A stretch of 64,000 nt of DNA. Origin: Fimbriimonadales bacterium (GTDB taxonomy: Bacteria > Armatimonadota > Fimbriimonadia > Fimbriimonadales > ATM1). Below, in pieces: positions 28,566 to 38,540 of this stretch (positions within the stretch are counted from its first letter, which is position 1; each line of letters opens with the position of its first letter). Where the stretch lies: positions 75,381-139,380 of the forward strand of contig JBGTLG010000025.1 of NCBI GenBank assembly GCA_041744215.1. Reading direction: 5' to 3'. Under the pieces are notes generated by a model that was not told the origin of the DNA, did no database searches, and saw only the letters and a list, made by a program, of their open reading frames with translations. Both the position numbers and the translations under genes were made by a program.

Positions 28566-29366
28566 ATGAATGTTCTACTCGCAGTTTGTCTTCTTCTCGC
28601 CCCCCAGGCTACTGAATCTCGTGTGGAGCTCGACATCGCGTACATCGAGGGCGGAAGCGAGAAGCAGAAGCTTGATCTGTATCTGCCTGATGGCAGCAAC
28701 TTTCCCACCATCGTGTTCGTACACGGTGGCGCATGGGTCAACGGGGATCGGAAGATGCCTCCTTACGCAGCGATTGGAAGAGTCTTCCAGCAATCCGGAA
28801 TTGCTTGCGCAGTGATCAGCTATCGACTTTCCCCGGGCGTGCAGCATCCTGCCCATACCGAGGATGGGGCTGCGGCCTTCGCGTGGACTTTGAAGAATAT
28901 TGCTAAGCGGGGCGGAAACGAGTCGAAGGTTTTCCTCGCTGGGCACAGTGCAGGTGGGCATATAGTCGCGCTGATCGCATCGGATGAAACTTATCTTGCG
29001 AAGCACCAGATTAAGCTTTCGGATATAGCGGGCTGCGTACCGATGGGCGCCGTGTTGGATGTTCGTGGACTCGGCGCACTCTCAAGCGGCGGCACGATTT
29101 TCAAAGTAGGCACAGAGAGTCTTACATCGGCCAGTCCGCTCACTCATTTGCGAAAAGAAATGCCACGCACATTGCTGATGGTCGCGGAGCGCGACATGCC
29201 AATACTCATCACCCAAGCAAAGCGGTACGCGGAGAAGGCAAAGGAGATAGAGGCGCCGGTCACTTTCTTTGAAATGCCTGATCGTGATCATATTACGACG
29301 ATAACAAAGCTCATGACCAAGGATGATGTCGTCGTGAAGAAAATCGTCGAGTTTGTTTCAAAGTAG
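28566..29366 (+). CDS. Secreted alpha/beta hydrolase (carboxylesterase / BD-FAE-like)
   Basis: LDLYLP, HGGAW, YRLSP, GHSAGG. Confidence 0.92.
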   Translation: MNVLLAVCLLLAPQATESRVELDIAYIEGGSEKQKLDLYLPDGSNFPTIVFVHGGAWVNGDRKMPPYAAIGRVFQQSGIACAVISYRLSPGVQHPAHTEDGAAAFAWTLKNIAKRGGNESKVFLAGHSAGGHIVALIASDETYLAKHQIKLSDIAGCVPMGAVLDVRGLGALSSGGTIFKVGTESLTSASPLTHLRKEMPRTLLMVAERDMPILITQAKRYAEKAKEIEAPVTFFEMPDRDHITTITKLMTKDDVVVKKIVEFVSK

Positions 29367-29371
29367 ATTCC

Positions 29372-30868
29372 TCACCGACCCACCGATGCGAATGCTTCGT
29401 ATCGATATTCAATCACGGCCTTTTGACCTGCCGGCACCTTTACCGTCCACTCCAGCACGTTTCGAGAGTTCGGGCTGTTTGGCAAGATTTGCGTGTCTTT
29501 GACCTTCCCACCGCTCATCACGTCGACGATGCGACCATTCGCAGTCTTCGTGATGCGAATCTCTGCTTCTCTGCTGCGAAAGTTCTCGACTGTCAAAGTC
29601 CCACGCATCAGAATGGGCACGAACCTGGTTTCCCCGAAGACGATCGGTTCGCCGCGCGAAACTTCATTCTGAGCGCTTTCAACTTTGATGCCGACCGCTC
29701 TTGCCATGCGCAACTCCGCGTCATCGCCATTCGCCGTGTACTGCATTGTCGCCTGTCCGACCGGCCGCATCTCCTCGATAACAAATACTGGACCCACCGT
29801 GAACGGGTGTCCGGTCGTGTTCTTTAACTTTAGGATGTAGTCGACCTGGTCGGTGTCAGCGTTCCACTCGAAGAATGGCGTGACCGGGATTTCGCTCTCG
29901 AAGATGGTCGTCATTGCGCGCTCACCCGGACGCAAGCTGAATTTAGGTTTCGTGTAGTACTGCAGCTCTCCTGACGCTTGGGCCGGAGGTGGCGCGGCGG
30001 GCCTACCCGAGATTCCACCACCGAGTCCGCCACCACCAGCAGGTGCCCCAGATTCACGCTTCGCCGCCGACTCTTGGTCGCGCAGAATCAGGGCAGCTTC
30101 GGCGGGGCCGAGAAGTATCTTGTCTATATCTGCAGGCACGAATCGCGACATGTATCCCTGAAGCAGCCAATCGATCTGTGCAATGTTGAGCAGGCTTGGC
30201 GCACCAATCACGAACACGAGATTTGCAGACTGCAGTTCTTCAGGCAGGTCTATGAGTGTGCCGCGCAAGGTGAGTCGCGCGCGACTCCCGTTCGTGATTT
30301 CCATCATGTAGCTCGGCTCCCATCGGACACCCGCTTGGATGTAAGAGATGCCGATACCAGCGCGCCCATTCGGCGATCGGGTGTTGAGCTTGAAGCGAAC
30401 CGGGAAATCAGTTAGCGTGATCGAAGCGATCGACTCGTACTCAACGGCCTTGATTCCGCCCGCTTCTTCCTTCAGTAAAAGCATGTCGTCGAGAACCGTG
30501 CGGAGGAGACCTTCAGACGCGATGTTCCCTTTGGCCACGATCTTCAACCGCAACCCGACTTTTCCGGAGAGCTTCGCCTTGATTTCGGACGGCGAGTCGA
30601 ATTGTATGCGATTGTCATTCGTTGTGACTACGGTGTCAACTCGGTCGGCAGGATTCAGCGGATAAACCCAGTACGTTCCACTCGCCGCTCTCGGTACAAG
30701 GTTGGTTGTCGCCCAGCCGTCTTCTAAAACGGCGGAGCCCTCGCGGATGTAAAACCCAAACCCTTCTTTGAAGACCACGAGGGTCTTGAGTTCTGATTGG
30801 AATGCGAGGTTGTTCGATTGCGCGCTTTGCGATATGAGCGTAGTGGCGAGCATTAACTCTAGGATCAT
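29372..30868 (-). CDS. Exported hypothetical protein (DUF4139-like)
   Basis: Signal-like N-terminus; VFKEG, GVRWEPSY, LKNTTGHPFTVGP, WTVKVPAG..IEYRY. Confidence 0.7.
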   Translation of the reverse strand: MILELMLATTLISQSAQSNNLAFQSELKTLVVFKEGFGFYIREGSAVLEDGWATTNLVPRAASGTYWVYPLNPADRVDTVVTTNDNRIQFDSPSEIKAKLSGKVGLRLKIVAKGNIASEGLLRTVLDDMLLLKEEAGGIKAVEYESIASITLTDFPVRFKLNTRSPNGRAGIGISYIQAGVRWEPSYMMEITNGSRARLTLRGTLIDLPEELQSANLVFVIGAPSLLNIAQIDWLLQGYMSRFVPADIDKILLGPAEAALILRDQESAAKRESGAPAGGGGLGGGISGRPAAPPPAQASGELQYYTKPKFSLRPGERAMTTIFESEIPVTPFFEWNADTDQVDYILKLKNTTGHPFTVGPVFVIEEMRPVGQATMQYTANGDDAELRMARAVGIKVESAQNEVSRGEPIVFGETRFVPILMRGTLTVENFRSREAEIRITKTANGRIVDVMSGGKVKDTQILPNSPNSRNVLEWTVKVPAGQKAVIEYRYEAFASVGR

Positions 30869-30926
30869 TCTACGTATCTTCCTCCAGTGCTTAGGACGGA
30901 CAGGGTGAGAAGGAGTTACCCGCTAG

Positions 30927-31301
30927 CTACGTCAACATTGCCGCACAAGGAATGAACGCGACCCAATCGAAGTCGAATTCCTGCACGTCTTGCCCGAGCG
31001 AGTCGGGGGAGTAGGGTCGGTCATGAAACCAGAACTCGGCTCTGAAGCCCTTGAAATTGGTCGCCTCGCGATCGATGCTGATGCGGACGGCAGCGCCATC
31101 GGAGGTCCCGTGAGTCGAGTTGACCGGGATGACGACGGCATCAGCGAATTCACCGCTGATCATGTAGGACGCATTTTCCGTAAAGTTGAATGCTTCCTTC
31201 CACTCTACGAAGCGAGAGGCTTCGTCTCCTGCCGTTTTGACCTCAGAGCAGCGTCCAAAGAGCATTATTGTTCTCGCCAAATTTGGCCTCCCACCGAGCA
31301 C
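30927..31301 (-). CDS. Hypothetical protein (start uncertain)
   Basis: Fills the intergenic gap with a plausible globular composition; no motif recognised. Confidence 0.35.
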   Translation of the reverse strand: MLGGRPNLARTIMLFGRCSEVKTAGDEASRFVEWKEAFNFTENASYMISGEFADAVVIPVNSTHGTSDGAAVRISIDREATNFKGFRAEFWFHDRPYSPDSLGQDVQEFDFDWVAFIPCAAMLT

Positions 31302-31354
31302 AAGCGCCTGTCGGTTGAGGATAAGACGAGCGGATTCGGCAAAATGGGCGCGAA

Positions 31355-32827
31355 TTGAGCGAATTGAAGAGAACGGCCGTCACGGGGTTTCTTTGGCAGG
31401 CGTTCGGGTCGGTGGGTCAGCGAGGCGCGGCTTTCGTCGCGACGCTGGTTCTCGCACGCTTCTTGGCGAAGGAGGACTTTGGCGTCGTGGCAGTTGCCCT
31501 GTCGGTGGTGGCGATGCTCGAATTGTTCCGGGACGGAGGGATTGCGAACGCTGTCGTCGTTTATCAGGGGGATGAGGAGAGACTCGCGCCTACAGCATTC
31601 TGGATGCTGTTGATACCGGGTGTGATTCTCTCGGCATCCGTTATTGTCGCCGCACCACATCTGGAGCAATGGTTCGGCTACGCGCGGCTGGGCGTGATTT
31701 TGCAAGCAATGGCAGCTGCTCAGTTTCTGGACACTTTTCGGATCGTGCCGAACGCTTTGCTTGGCCGGCGGCATATGTTTCGGCAGCGAGCGATTGCAGA
31801 CACGACCGCTGTCTTCGTTGCGATGTTGGTCGCGGTGATCTCCCTGTTCGTGCTTCCAGCCGAACATCAGATTTGGTCGCTCGCGATGATGTGGATTGTT
31901 CGTTGCGTAGTGGCAGCCATTGTTTTCAACATAATTCTCCCTGTAGTTCCGCGATTCGTGTTTGATCGGAAGATTGCTAAACGGTTGGCGAAGACGGGTT
32001 CAGGCATGCTCCTCTCAAATATTCCGAGCGGGTCGCTGGAATGGGTCGCTACTGTGATCGTCGGAAAGCGCACGAGCGAAGCGGCAGCAGGCATGTACCG
32101 AGTCGGATCGAGTCTCGCGCTGCCGGCTGCGTTGATCGGCAACTCTGCAAACATCACCCTGTTTCCGATTCTCGCCCGTCACCGGGACGACATGGGCGTC
32201 TTCATTGAGCGAGCGTTGCGATCGATGCGAGCCGTGAACACACTCACTCTTGCCTTTGTCGGGTGGTTTGTCATCGTGGCGCCCAGTCTTGTGCCGTTTT
32301 TGCTTGGCGAAAGGTGGTCGACGGCGGTTCCCGCAGCTCAATGGCTGGTCGTTGCAACTGCACTCAAAGCGTTGACTTTTCTTTGCAGCACGCCGCTGTT
32401 GGCGGCAGAGAGAAACTCGTATGCCGCATTCACATGGTGGGTTGCCTTCGGAGTAATGCTTGCGCTGCTCCCATTCGTGCCCTATGGGATCGAGAATGCG
32501 ACGACCCCCGCGATGCTGACGGCGATCGCGATGGGTGCCGGGGCCGCGACTGGAGTCGTTATGCTATCGGTCGGCCTCAAGTTTCCACCAGGACGAGTTA
32601 TGGTTGCGCTTTTGCCCGGTGTCCTGATCGCAGGGGCGACCGCGGGAGTGACGTTTGGAGTTAACGCTTTGCCGCTGGAACTCCCCGACTGGGGTCGGAT
32701 CCTGCTAGTCAGTGTGGCGTACGGCCTCGTGTTCTTGCCCATCTGCGGCAGAATCATGGGTGACGGCTGGTTCTCCTTGGCCCGAATTGCGGGATGGAAG
32801 GCATTGCTTCGATCACCATCGGAATAG
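31355..32827 (+). CDS. Oligosaccharide flippase (Wzx/WzxC family)
   Basis: LVLARFLAKEDFG, AAGMY, LFPIL, LLGERW; many TM segments. Confidence 0.9.
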   Translation: MSELKRTAVTGFLWQAFGSVGQRGAAFVATLVLARFLAKEDFGVVAVALSVVAMLELFRDGGIANAVVVYQGDEERLAPTAFWMLLIPGVILSASVIVAAPHLEQWFGYARLGVILQAMAAAQFLDTFRIVPNALLGRRHMFRQRAIADTTAVFVAMLVAVISLFVLPAEHQIWSLAMMWIVRCVVAAIVFNIILPVVPRFVFDRKIAKRLAKTGSGMLLSNIPSGSLEWVATVIVGKRTSEAAAGMYRVGSSLALPAALIGNSANITLFPILARHRDDMGVFIERALRSMRAVNTLTLAFVGWFVIVAPSLVPFLLGERWSTAVPAAQWLVVATALKALTFLCSTPLLAAERNSYAAFTWWVAFGVMLALLPFVPYGIENATTPAMLTAIAMGAGAATGVVMLSVGLKFPPGRVMVALLPGVLIAGATAGVTFGVNALPLELPDWGRILLVSVAYGLVFLPICGRIMGDGWFSLARIAGWKALLRSPSE

Positions 32828-32873
32828 AACGATTTGTAAATGCCAATCGTCGGAGATAAGTAGGCGAAGCTTA

Positions 32874-33791
32874 ATGACGACTTGCCCCAAGTGTGCAGCT
32901 CCCGTCATAGCAGATGCGCAGTTTTGCGCGAACTGCGGCGCACCGCCGGGCGCCCTGCACAAGCCAAGGTACTTAACCCCACTTTTGATCGTAAGTTCGT
33001 TGATCGTAGCGGTGTTTGCTCTTTGGGGCGTTTCGGCCTCTGGGGTGCTCGGTTCGAGCGCATCGCGAGGCCATATTGCTCTGTCCGCGACCGGCGACGG
33101 GGGCGTCGACGTACTCGCGACGCCTAAGCTTGAAGGCACCGATACGCTGGCGATCACTGCGGAACTGCCGCCCCCGAGTTTAGAAGTCGTCGCAGGCAGG
33201 ATGCCTCAAGATATCAGCGACTGGCTAGATCATCTGCTTCGGACGCACAATCGGCTTCGCGGGCTCAACCGATCGCTAAGCGATGAACACGCTATGGCGA
33301 GGAGTTCGCTTTCGCCAAACACCTTTTCCGAAGGCAGCGCCGCGGAGGCAGCGGCGGACGACGCCCGGCGGCGCGGTCAGGCACAGAACACACTGGAATC
33401 CGTCAATGCGTTTTTTGTCGATGTGAGCCGAGAGTTTCGCTCGGCGCCGGCGCCTCGGGAGTGTGAGCCGTTAGCGATGCTGTATGGGGCGGCGCTAGGC
33501 GACATACCTGTGATGATCGAGGAGCTGATGTCTGCGGTGCAAGATCTCGACCTCGTGAAGGCCCAGTCGGTTGGGGCCAAGCACCGTCCCCTCGTTGAAG
33601 GGCGGATCTCGGAGACCAATCGGCTGATTAGTGAGTTATCTGAACGGTACGGCGTCGCAAACCGTTGGCGGTTGGTGGAGGACACGGACTACGGCATGGG
33701 CGGAATGCTCGGGATGGGCGGCTTAGGCTTGTCGGGTGATGCCATGAAGGAGTACGGTGAGCTCTTAAGAGAGCTGCTTGAGGAAGAGTAG
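32874..33791 (+). CDS. Zinc-ribbon membrane-anchored hypothetical protein
   Basis: CPKC..FCANCG followed by one TM helix. Confidence 0.8.
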   Translation: MTTCPKCAAPVIADAQFCANCGAPPGALHKPRYLTPLLIVSSLIVAVFALWGVSASGVLGSSASRGHIALSATGDGGVDVLATPKLEGTDTLAITAELPPPSLEVVAGRMPQDISDWLDHLLRTHNRLRGLNRSLSDEHAMARSSLSPNTFSEGSAAEAAADDARRRGQAQNTLESVNAFFVDVSREFRSAPAPRECEPLAMLYGAALGDIPVMIEELMSAVQDLDLVKAQSVGAKHRPLVEGRISETNRLISELSERYGVANRWRLVEDTDYGMGGMLGMGGLGLSGDAMKEYGELLRELLEEE

Positions 33792-33854
33792 AGCCAGAAA
33801 GACTGGTCCATCGTGCATGCACACTCGTCTACAGGATAAAATAGTCCCTAACCC

Positions 33855-35249
33855 TTGAGCGCCCTGAAGATTTACGATTCTCTCTCCCGCACGCTCGTGG
33901 ACTTTTCTCCTCGGGACCCAGGGAAGGTTGGGATTTACGCTTGCGGATTGACCCCGCAGGCGCCAGCTCACATCGGGCATATGAGGGGTGCGGTTCTATT
34001 CGACGTTGTTCGCCGATGGCTGAGGCATCTCGGATACTCGGTTGACTTCGTACAGAACTTCACCGACATCGACGACAAGATCATCCGGAAGTCTCAAGAG
34101 GAGGGCATCTCGCCGGAGGCAGTTGCCGCCAAGTACGGGCAGATGTACTTCGACGACTTAGAGCTGCTTGGTGTGGAGCCAGCGCGCTGGGTTTACGTGA
34201 CGAAGAGCATCCCGGAAATCGTCGCCATGATCGAAAGGATCATCGAGCGGGGGCATGCGTACGCCGCTGGCGGTGACGTTTACTTTCGCGTGAGCTCGCT
34301 TCCGCAGTACGGAAAACTGAGCCGGAGAAAGATCTCGGAGATGCAGGCGGGGGCGCGAATCGAAATCGATGAACGAAAAGAGCACCCGATGGACTTCGCT
34401 CTCTGGAAGTCCGCGAAACCTGGCGAACCGAGCTGGGAGAGTCCGTGGGGAGCGGGGCGTCCTGGGTGGCACATCGAGTGTTCTGCTCTGTCGTTACAAG
34501 AGCTTGGGCCGAACTTCGACATCCATGCCGGCGGCGTCGACCTGGTCTTCCCACACCATGAGAATGAGATCGCGCAGAGCGAAGCATATCTCGGTTCGGC
34601 CGAGTTTGCCCGGATTTGGATGCACTGGGGCTCAGTTCGGATGGCCGGGGACAAGATGAGCAAGTCTGTCGGGAACGTTTTAGCAGTTCGGGAGGCGATC
34701 GCGAAATATTCTGCCAGCGCCGTCCGTCTCTTGCTATTGGGTACTGACTACCGTAGCCCGATCGAGTACTCGGACGAGCGGATGGCTGAGGCCCAAGCCG
34801 GCCTCAATCGGATCCAAACCGCGCTTGCTCGTGCGCGCCAGATGTTCGGGGATGGGTCAGGCGAACCTGCCGATCCCGAGTACACGGCTCGGTTCGCAGC
34901 GGCTATGAACTATGACTTTAACACCGCTGCAGCTACTGCAGTTTTGTACGAAGTCGTTCGTGAGTTGAACGAGCTGATGGCGAATGGCGTTGAAGGAAAG
35001 GGCTCTCGTGCGACGACCCTCATCCGAACGGCGGATGAGTTAAGCGGTCTTTTAGGCCTAAGGACGGAACACCGGTTCGGTGAGACCGATCAAACGGAAG
35101 GCCGTCTAATGGAGTTGTTGGTCGGCCTGCGCAAGGACTTGCGGCAGGCTAAAATGTTTGAGTTGGCCGATAAGATAAGAGAAGACTTGAAGGATATGGG
35201 CATTCAGCTGGAAGATTCGGTGGAAGGAACCACCTGGAGAAAATCTTAG
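33855..35249 (+). CDS. cysS: Cysteine--tRNA ligase
   Basis: YACGLT, HIGH, DFALWK, GRPGWHIECS, FPHHENE, KMSKS. Confidence 0.98.
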   Translation: MSALKIYDSLSRTLVDFSPRDPGKVGIYACGLTPQAPAHIGHMRGAVLFDVVRRWLRHLGYSVDFVQNFTDIDDKIIRKSQEEGISPEAVAAKYGQMYFDDLELLGVEPARWVYVTKSIPEIVAMIERIIERGHAYAAGGDVYFRVSSLPQYGKLSRRKISEMQAGARIEIDERKEHPMDFALWKSAKPGEPSWESPWGAGRPGWHIECSALSLQELGPNFDIHAGGVDLVFPHHENEIAQSEAYLGSAEFARIWMHWGSVRMAGDKMSKSVGNVLAVREAIAKYSASAVRLLLLGTDYRSPIEYSDERMAEAQAGLNRIQTALARARQMFGDGSGEPADPEYTARFAAAMNYDFNTAAATAVLYEVVRELNELMANGVEGKGSRATTLIRTADELSGLLGLRTEHRFGETDQTEGRLMELLVGLRKDLRQAKMFELADKIREDLKDMGIQLEDSVEGTTWRKS

Positions 35250-35250
35250 G

Positions 35251-36729
35251 ATGAGACACACAAAGAAGGCAGTATTCATAGGACTTGGTGGACTGGTGCT
35301 GGCCGGAGGCGGCTTTTTCGCCTTCGGTTCGCTTCAGCCGCCGGTGACGCCTGAGGGCGTCCGGATGGGCGATATCGACCTCGGGGGTTTGACGAGGGAC
35401 GACGTCATCACGAGGCTCGAAACTTGGTGGGACAGCGAGAAGCACACGCGCATCCAGCCAGAGTCGAAGTTGCTCGCGAAACAACCGGATTCGTTGACAC
35501 TTGAGGAGGCCGGAGTCCGACCCGACTGGGACGCAACTCTGTCTAGCGTGCCCTTCAATACGTACTTCGACAAAACATTCGGGCGCACCGGGAGCGCGGC
35601 TGAAGTGGAGATCGCATGGGTGGCCACAGATTCGTCTGCGGTGTCATCGCTCGCGAGATTCGTCGAGGAGAACGCAAAAACTCGGCGCGCTGCCAGCATT
35701 AGTTATGTCGATGGAAAGATTGTCCGAGAGTATGAAATCCCTTCGTTCTCGCTGAATAACGAAGAGCTTTCTGACGCGATGTTGGGTGCCGTGATGAGTG
35801 GCGAGCCTCGCTTCGAGCTCCCGATGAAGAAGGACACTCCAAAGATTCCGAATGAGGCACTCGATCAGATTCGGGATGTCATGGCGGAGTTTACGACGAG
35901 TTTTAGCACGGGACAATACAATCGAAGCAGTAACATCCGATTGGCCTGCAATGCTTTGACCGGAATCATTCTGATGCCAGGCGAAACGTTGAGTTACAAC
36001 GATAGGGTTGGCAAGCGCACACCTGCGAACGGCTACAAGGATGCACCTGTATTCAAGAACGGCCTTAAGGTTTTGGACACGGGCGGCGGAGTCTGCCAAG
36101 TCTCGACCACGCTTTACAACGCTGCGTTGATGGCAGACCTCGAGATTGTGAATCGACGCAATCATTCACGTCCGGTTGCGTACGTTCCTGTTGGACGCGA
36201 CGCAACCGTTGATTACGGCAGCGGCATCGACTTGGTTTTCAAGAACTCTTACGACTTCCCTATCGCTGTCGTGAGCGCTGTCGACGGCGGGAAGGTCACG
36301 TTCCGAGTCCTAGGCAAGAAGGATCCGTCGAAATCGATCCAGATTGTAACTACCGATCATAAGGCTTGGGGCAATACTGTCAAGTACGTTGACGACGCCT
36401 CAATTCCTCCTGGCAAGGAGACGGTCGTCGACAGCGGCGCCGGCGGTCGAGCGTGCATTACGTGGCGGATCGTTCGAATCGATGGCGTCGAGGTCAGACG
36501 CGAGAATTTGGGCAAGAGCCATTATCCAGGCGCAGCTCGAATCATCGCGCGCAACCCAACGCCGGCAACACCCGTTGGTCCAGATGGCGCACCTCCTATC
36601 GAGCCAGGAGGCATCGACGAAACCCGGCCTGTGGTAAACGACTCCCCTCCAACGGGGTCGCCTTCGAACGGAAGCAACGCACCCACAGGCGGTACAGCCA
36701 CGACAAGGCCCGGAGACACGCGCAGTTAG
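35251..36729 (+). CDS. VanW family protein (with G5-like domain and Pro-rich tail)
   Basis: RSSNI, PGETLSYN, GGGVCQVSTTLYNA, NHS, GRDATV. Confidence 0.92.
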   Translation: MRHTKKAVFIGLGGLVLAGGGFFAFGSLQPPVTPEGVRMGDIDLGGLTRDDVITRLETWWDSEKHTRIQPESKLLAKQPDSLTLEEAGVRPDWDATLSSVPFNTYFDKTFGRTGSAAEVEIAWVATDSSAVSSLARFVEENAKTRRAASISYVDGKIVREYEIPSFSLNNEELSDAMLGAVMSGEPRFELPMKKDTPKIPNEALDQIRDVMAEFTTSFSTGQYNRSSNIRLACNALTGIILMPGETLSYNDRVGKRTPANGYKDAPVFKNGLKVLDTGGGVCQVSTTLYNAALMADLEIVNRRNHSRPVAYVPVGRDATVDYGSGIDLVFKNSYDFPIAVVSAVDGGKVTFRVLGKKDPSKSIQIVTTDHKAWGNTVKYVDDASIPPGKETVVDSGAGGRACITWRIVRIDGVEVRRENLGKSHYPGAARIIARNPTPATPVGPDGAPPIEPGGIDETRPVVNDSPPTGSPSNGSNAPTGGTATTRPGDTRS

Positions 36730-38471
36730 AAGGAGTCGATCACTTCGGCGTACTTCTCGCGAATAACTCGACGCTTCACTTTCATGGACGGCGTCAGCTC
36801 ACCTGTTTCTTGTGTCCAACGCTCTGCGACAGGTTGAAACCTCTTGACCTTTTCGAAGTCCGGCAGCCTCTGATTCACGCGATCGATCTCCCCTTTGAGC
36901 AATTCGCGAATGGCAGGGTGCGCGATTAGATCGTCGTTGTGGCCGAGGTCTAGGCCTTTGCTCTCTGCATAGTGGCGAATCACATCGAAGTCGGGAACGA
37001 TCAGCGCGGCGAGATACTCCTTATCATCACCAAAGATCACGACCTCCTCGACGTAGACGCTCGACTTGAGGAGATTTTCGATGCGTTCGGGGCCGACGTT
37101 CTTTCCGTTCGCCAAAACGATGATGTCCTTCTTTCTGCCAGTTATCCAGATCCGGTCGCCTTCCATCCGACCAAGATCGCCGGTATGGAACCAGCCCTCC
37201 GCGTCGATCGCTTCCGCGGTGTCGGACGGCTTGTTGTAGTACCCAAGCATCAGGCTCTTTCCTCGCATGAGGATCTCGCCGTCTTCTGCAATTCGACACT
37301 CGATTCCTGGAAGAACTTCCCCGACGCTTGTATGCACGTTCCTTTCGGGATGGTTGAGAGAGATGACTGGAGATGTCTCCGTCAGGCCGTAGCCTTGCAG
37401 AAGCAAGAGGCCGAAGGCCCCGTAGAATTCGGCAACATCCGGTGGCAAAGCTGCGCCACCGCTCACCATGAAGCGAATGCGTCCTCCCATTTTCTCGCGG
37501 ATCTTGGCTCCAACGAGCTTATCTAACATCCCACCCATAAATCCAACGGGCTGCATTCGGCTTTCGATTCGCTTCGCGCCGCCCTTCAGAACGACATTGA
37601 ACAACCAGCGCTTTATGGCAGTCCCCGACTCCACGTTTTGAAGGATCTTGCTTTTTACACTTTCTGTAAAGCGAGGAACAGTTAGCAAAATGGTTGGCTT
37701 TGCCACAATGATGTCTTGTGCCAACGTCCTGAGTGATTCGGCATACGCGATTTCCGCACCGAGATAGATGGGAAGAAAGTGCCCGGCCATTCTCTCGTAG
37801 ACATGGGAGAGAGGAAGGAATGACAAGAATCGGTCGTTGTGGTCTGCTGGAAGATTGCCGCGAATCGCCGCGCAAAGAAACGTGAAGTTTTCGTGGCTGA
37901 GCATTACGCCCTTTGGCTCGCCCGTTGTTCCGCTCGTGTAAATCAACGTCGCAAGGCCAGTTGGATCAATTTGATACGCGGCCTTCTCCCATTCGTCCTC
38001 TGTCCAATCGGATAGGTTGCCTTCGTCAATAATGGATGAAAGACTTGGCGCGTCGCCTTCGATGACGGCAGTCGATGTCGTAAGCGAGTTTTCTGAGATT
38101 GCGCGCCGCGCTCGATCAAACAGTTTTGAGTCTCCGGTAAAGATCAGCTTGGCCCCGGAATCTTGAAGGAGGTAGCCGACTTGGTCTTCAAGCAACGTAG
38201 GATAGATCGGAACGGTGATCGCACCGATCGACAGGGCCGCCCAATCGAGGAGGCCCCATTGCATCGAGTTTTCTGCATAGATAGCGATCCGGTCGCCTCG
38301 TTCCACACCTACCGATCGGAGTCCTCGCGCAATCTGAAACACCTTTAGACGGAACTCCGCATAGCTGATCGGATGGAACTCGCCGCGCATTCGATAGAGA
38401 AGCGCTGGTTTTGGTCCGAAGCGGGCGCAGGATTCGAGCATAGCGACCGGAAGCGACTTGGCCTCTGACAT
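36726..38471 (-). CDS. fadD: Long-chain fatty acid--CoA ligase
   Basis: YTSGTTGEPKGV, QGYGLTETSP, WFHTGDLG, ELTPSMKVKR; start set at ATG 38471. Confidence 0.92.
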   Translation of the reverse strand: MSEAKSLPVAMLESCARFGPKPALLYRMRGEFHPISYAEFRLKVFQIARGLRSVGVERGDRIAIYAENSMQWGLLDWAALSIGAITVPIYPTLLEDQVGYLLQDSGAKLIFTGDSKLFDRARRAISENSLTTSTAVIEGDAPSLSSIIDEGNLSDWTEDEWEKAAYQIDPTGLATLIYTSGTTGEPKGVMLSHENFTFLCAAIRGNLPADHNDRFLSFLPLSHVYERMAGHFLPIYLGAEIAYAESLRTLAQDIIVAKPTILLTVPRFTESVKSKILQNVESGTAIKRWLFNVVLKGGAKRIESRMQPVGFMGGMLDKLVGAKIREKMGGRIRFMVSGGAALPPDVAEFYGAFGLLLLQGYGLTETSPVISLNHPERNVHTSVGEVLPGIECRIAEDGEILMRGKSLMLGYYNKPSDTAEAIDAEGWFHTGDLGRMEGDRIWITGRKKDIIVLANGKNVGPERIENLLKSSVYVEEVVIFGDDKEYLAALIVPDFDVIRHYAESKGLDLGHNDDLIAHPAIRELLKGEIDRVNQRLPDFEKVKRFQPVAERWTQETGELTPSMKVKRRVIREKYAEVIDSF

Positions 38472-38540
38472 AGATTCCAGTATTCCACGGACGTGATTGG
38501 GAATCCTGGCTGGAACTAACTGAAAGGTACAATTTACGCG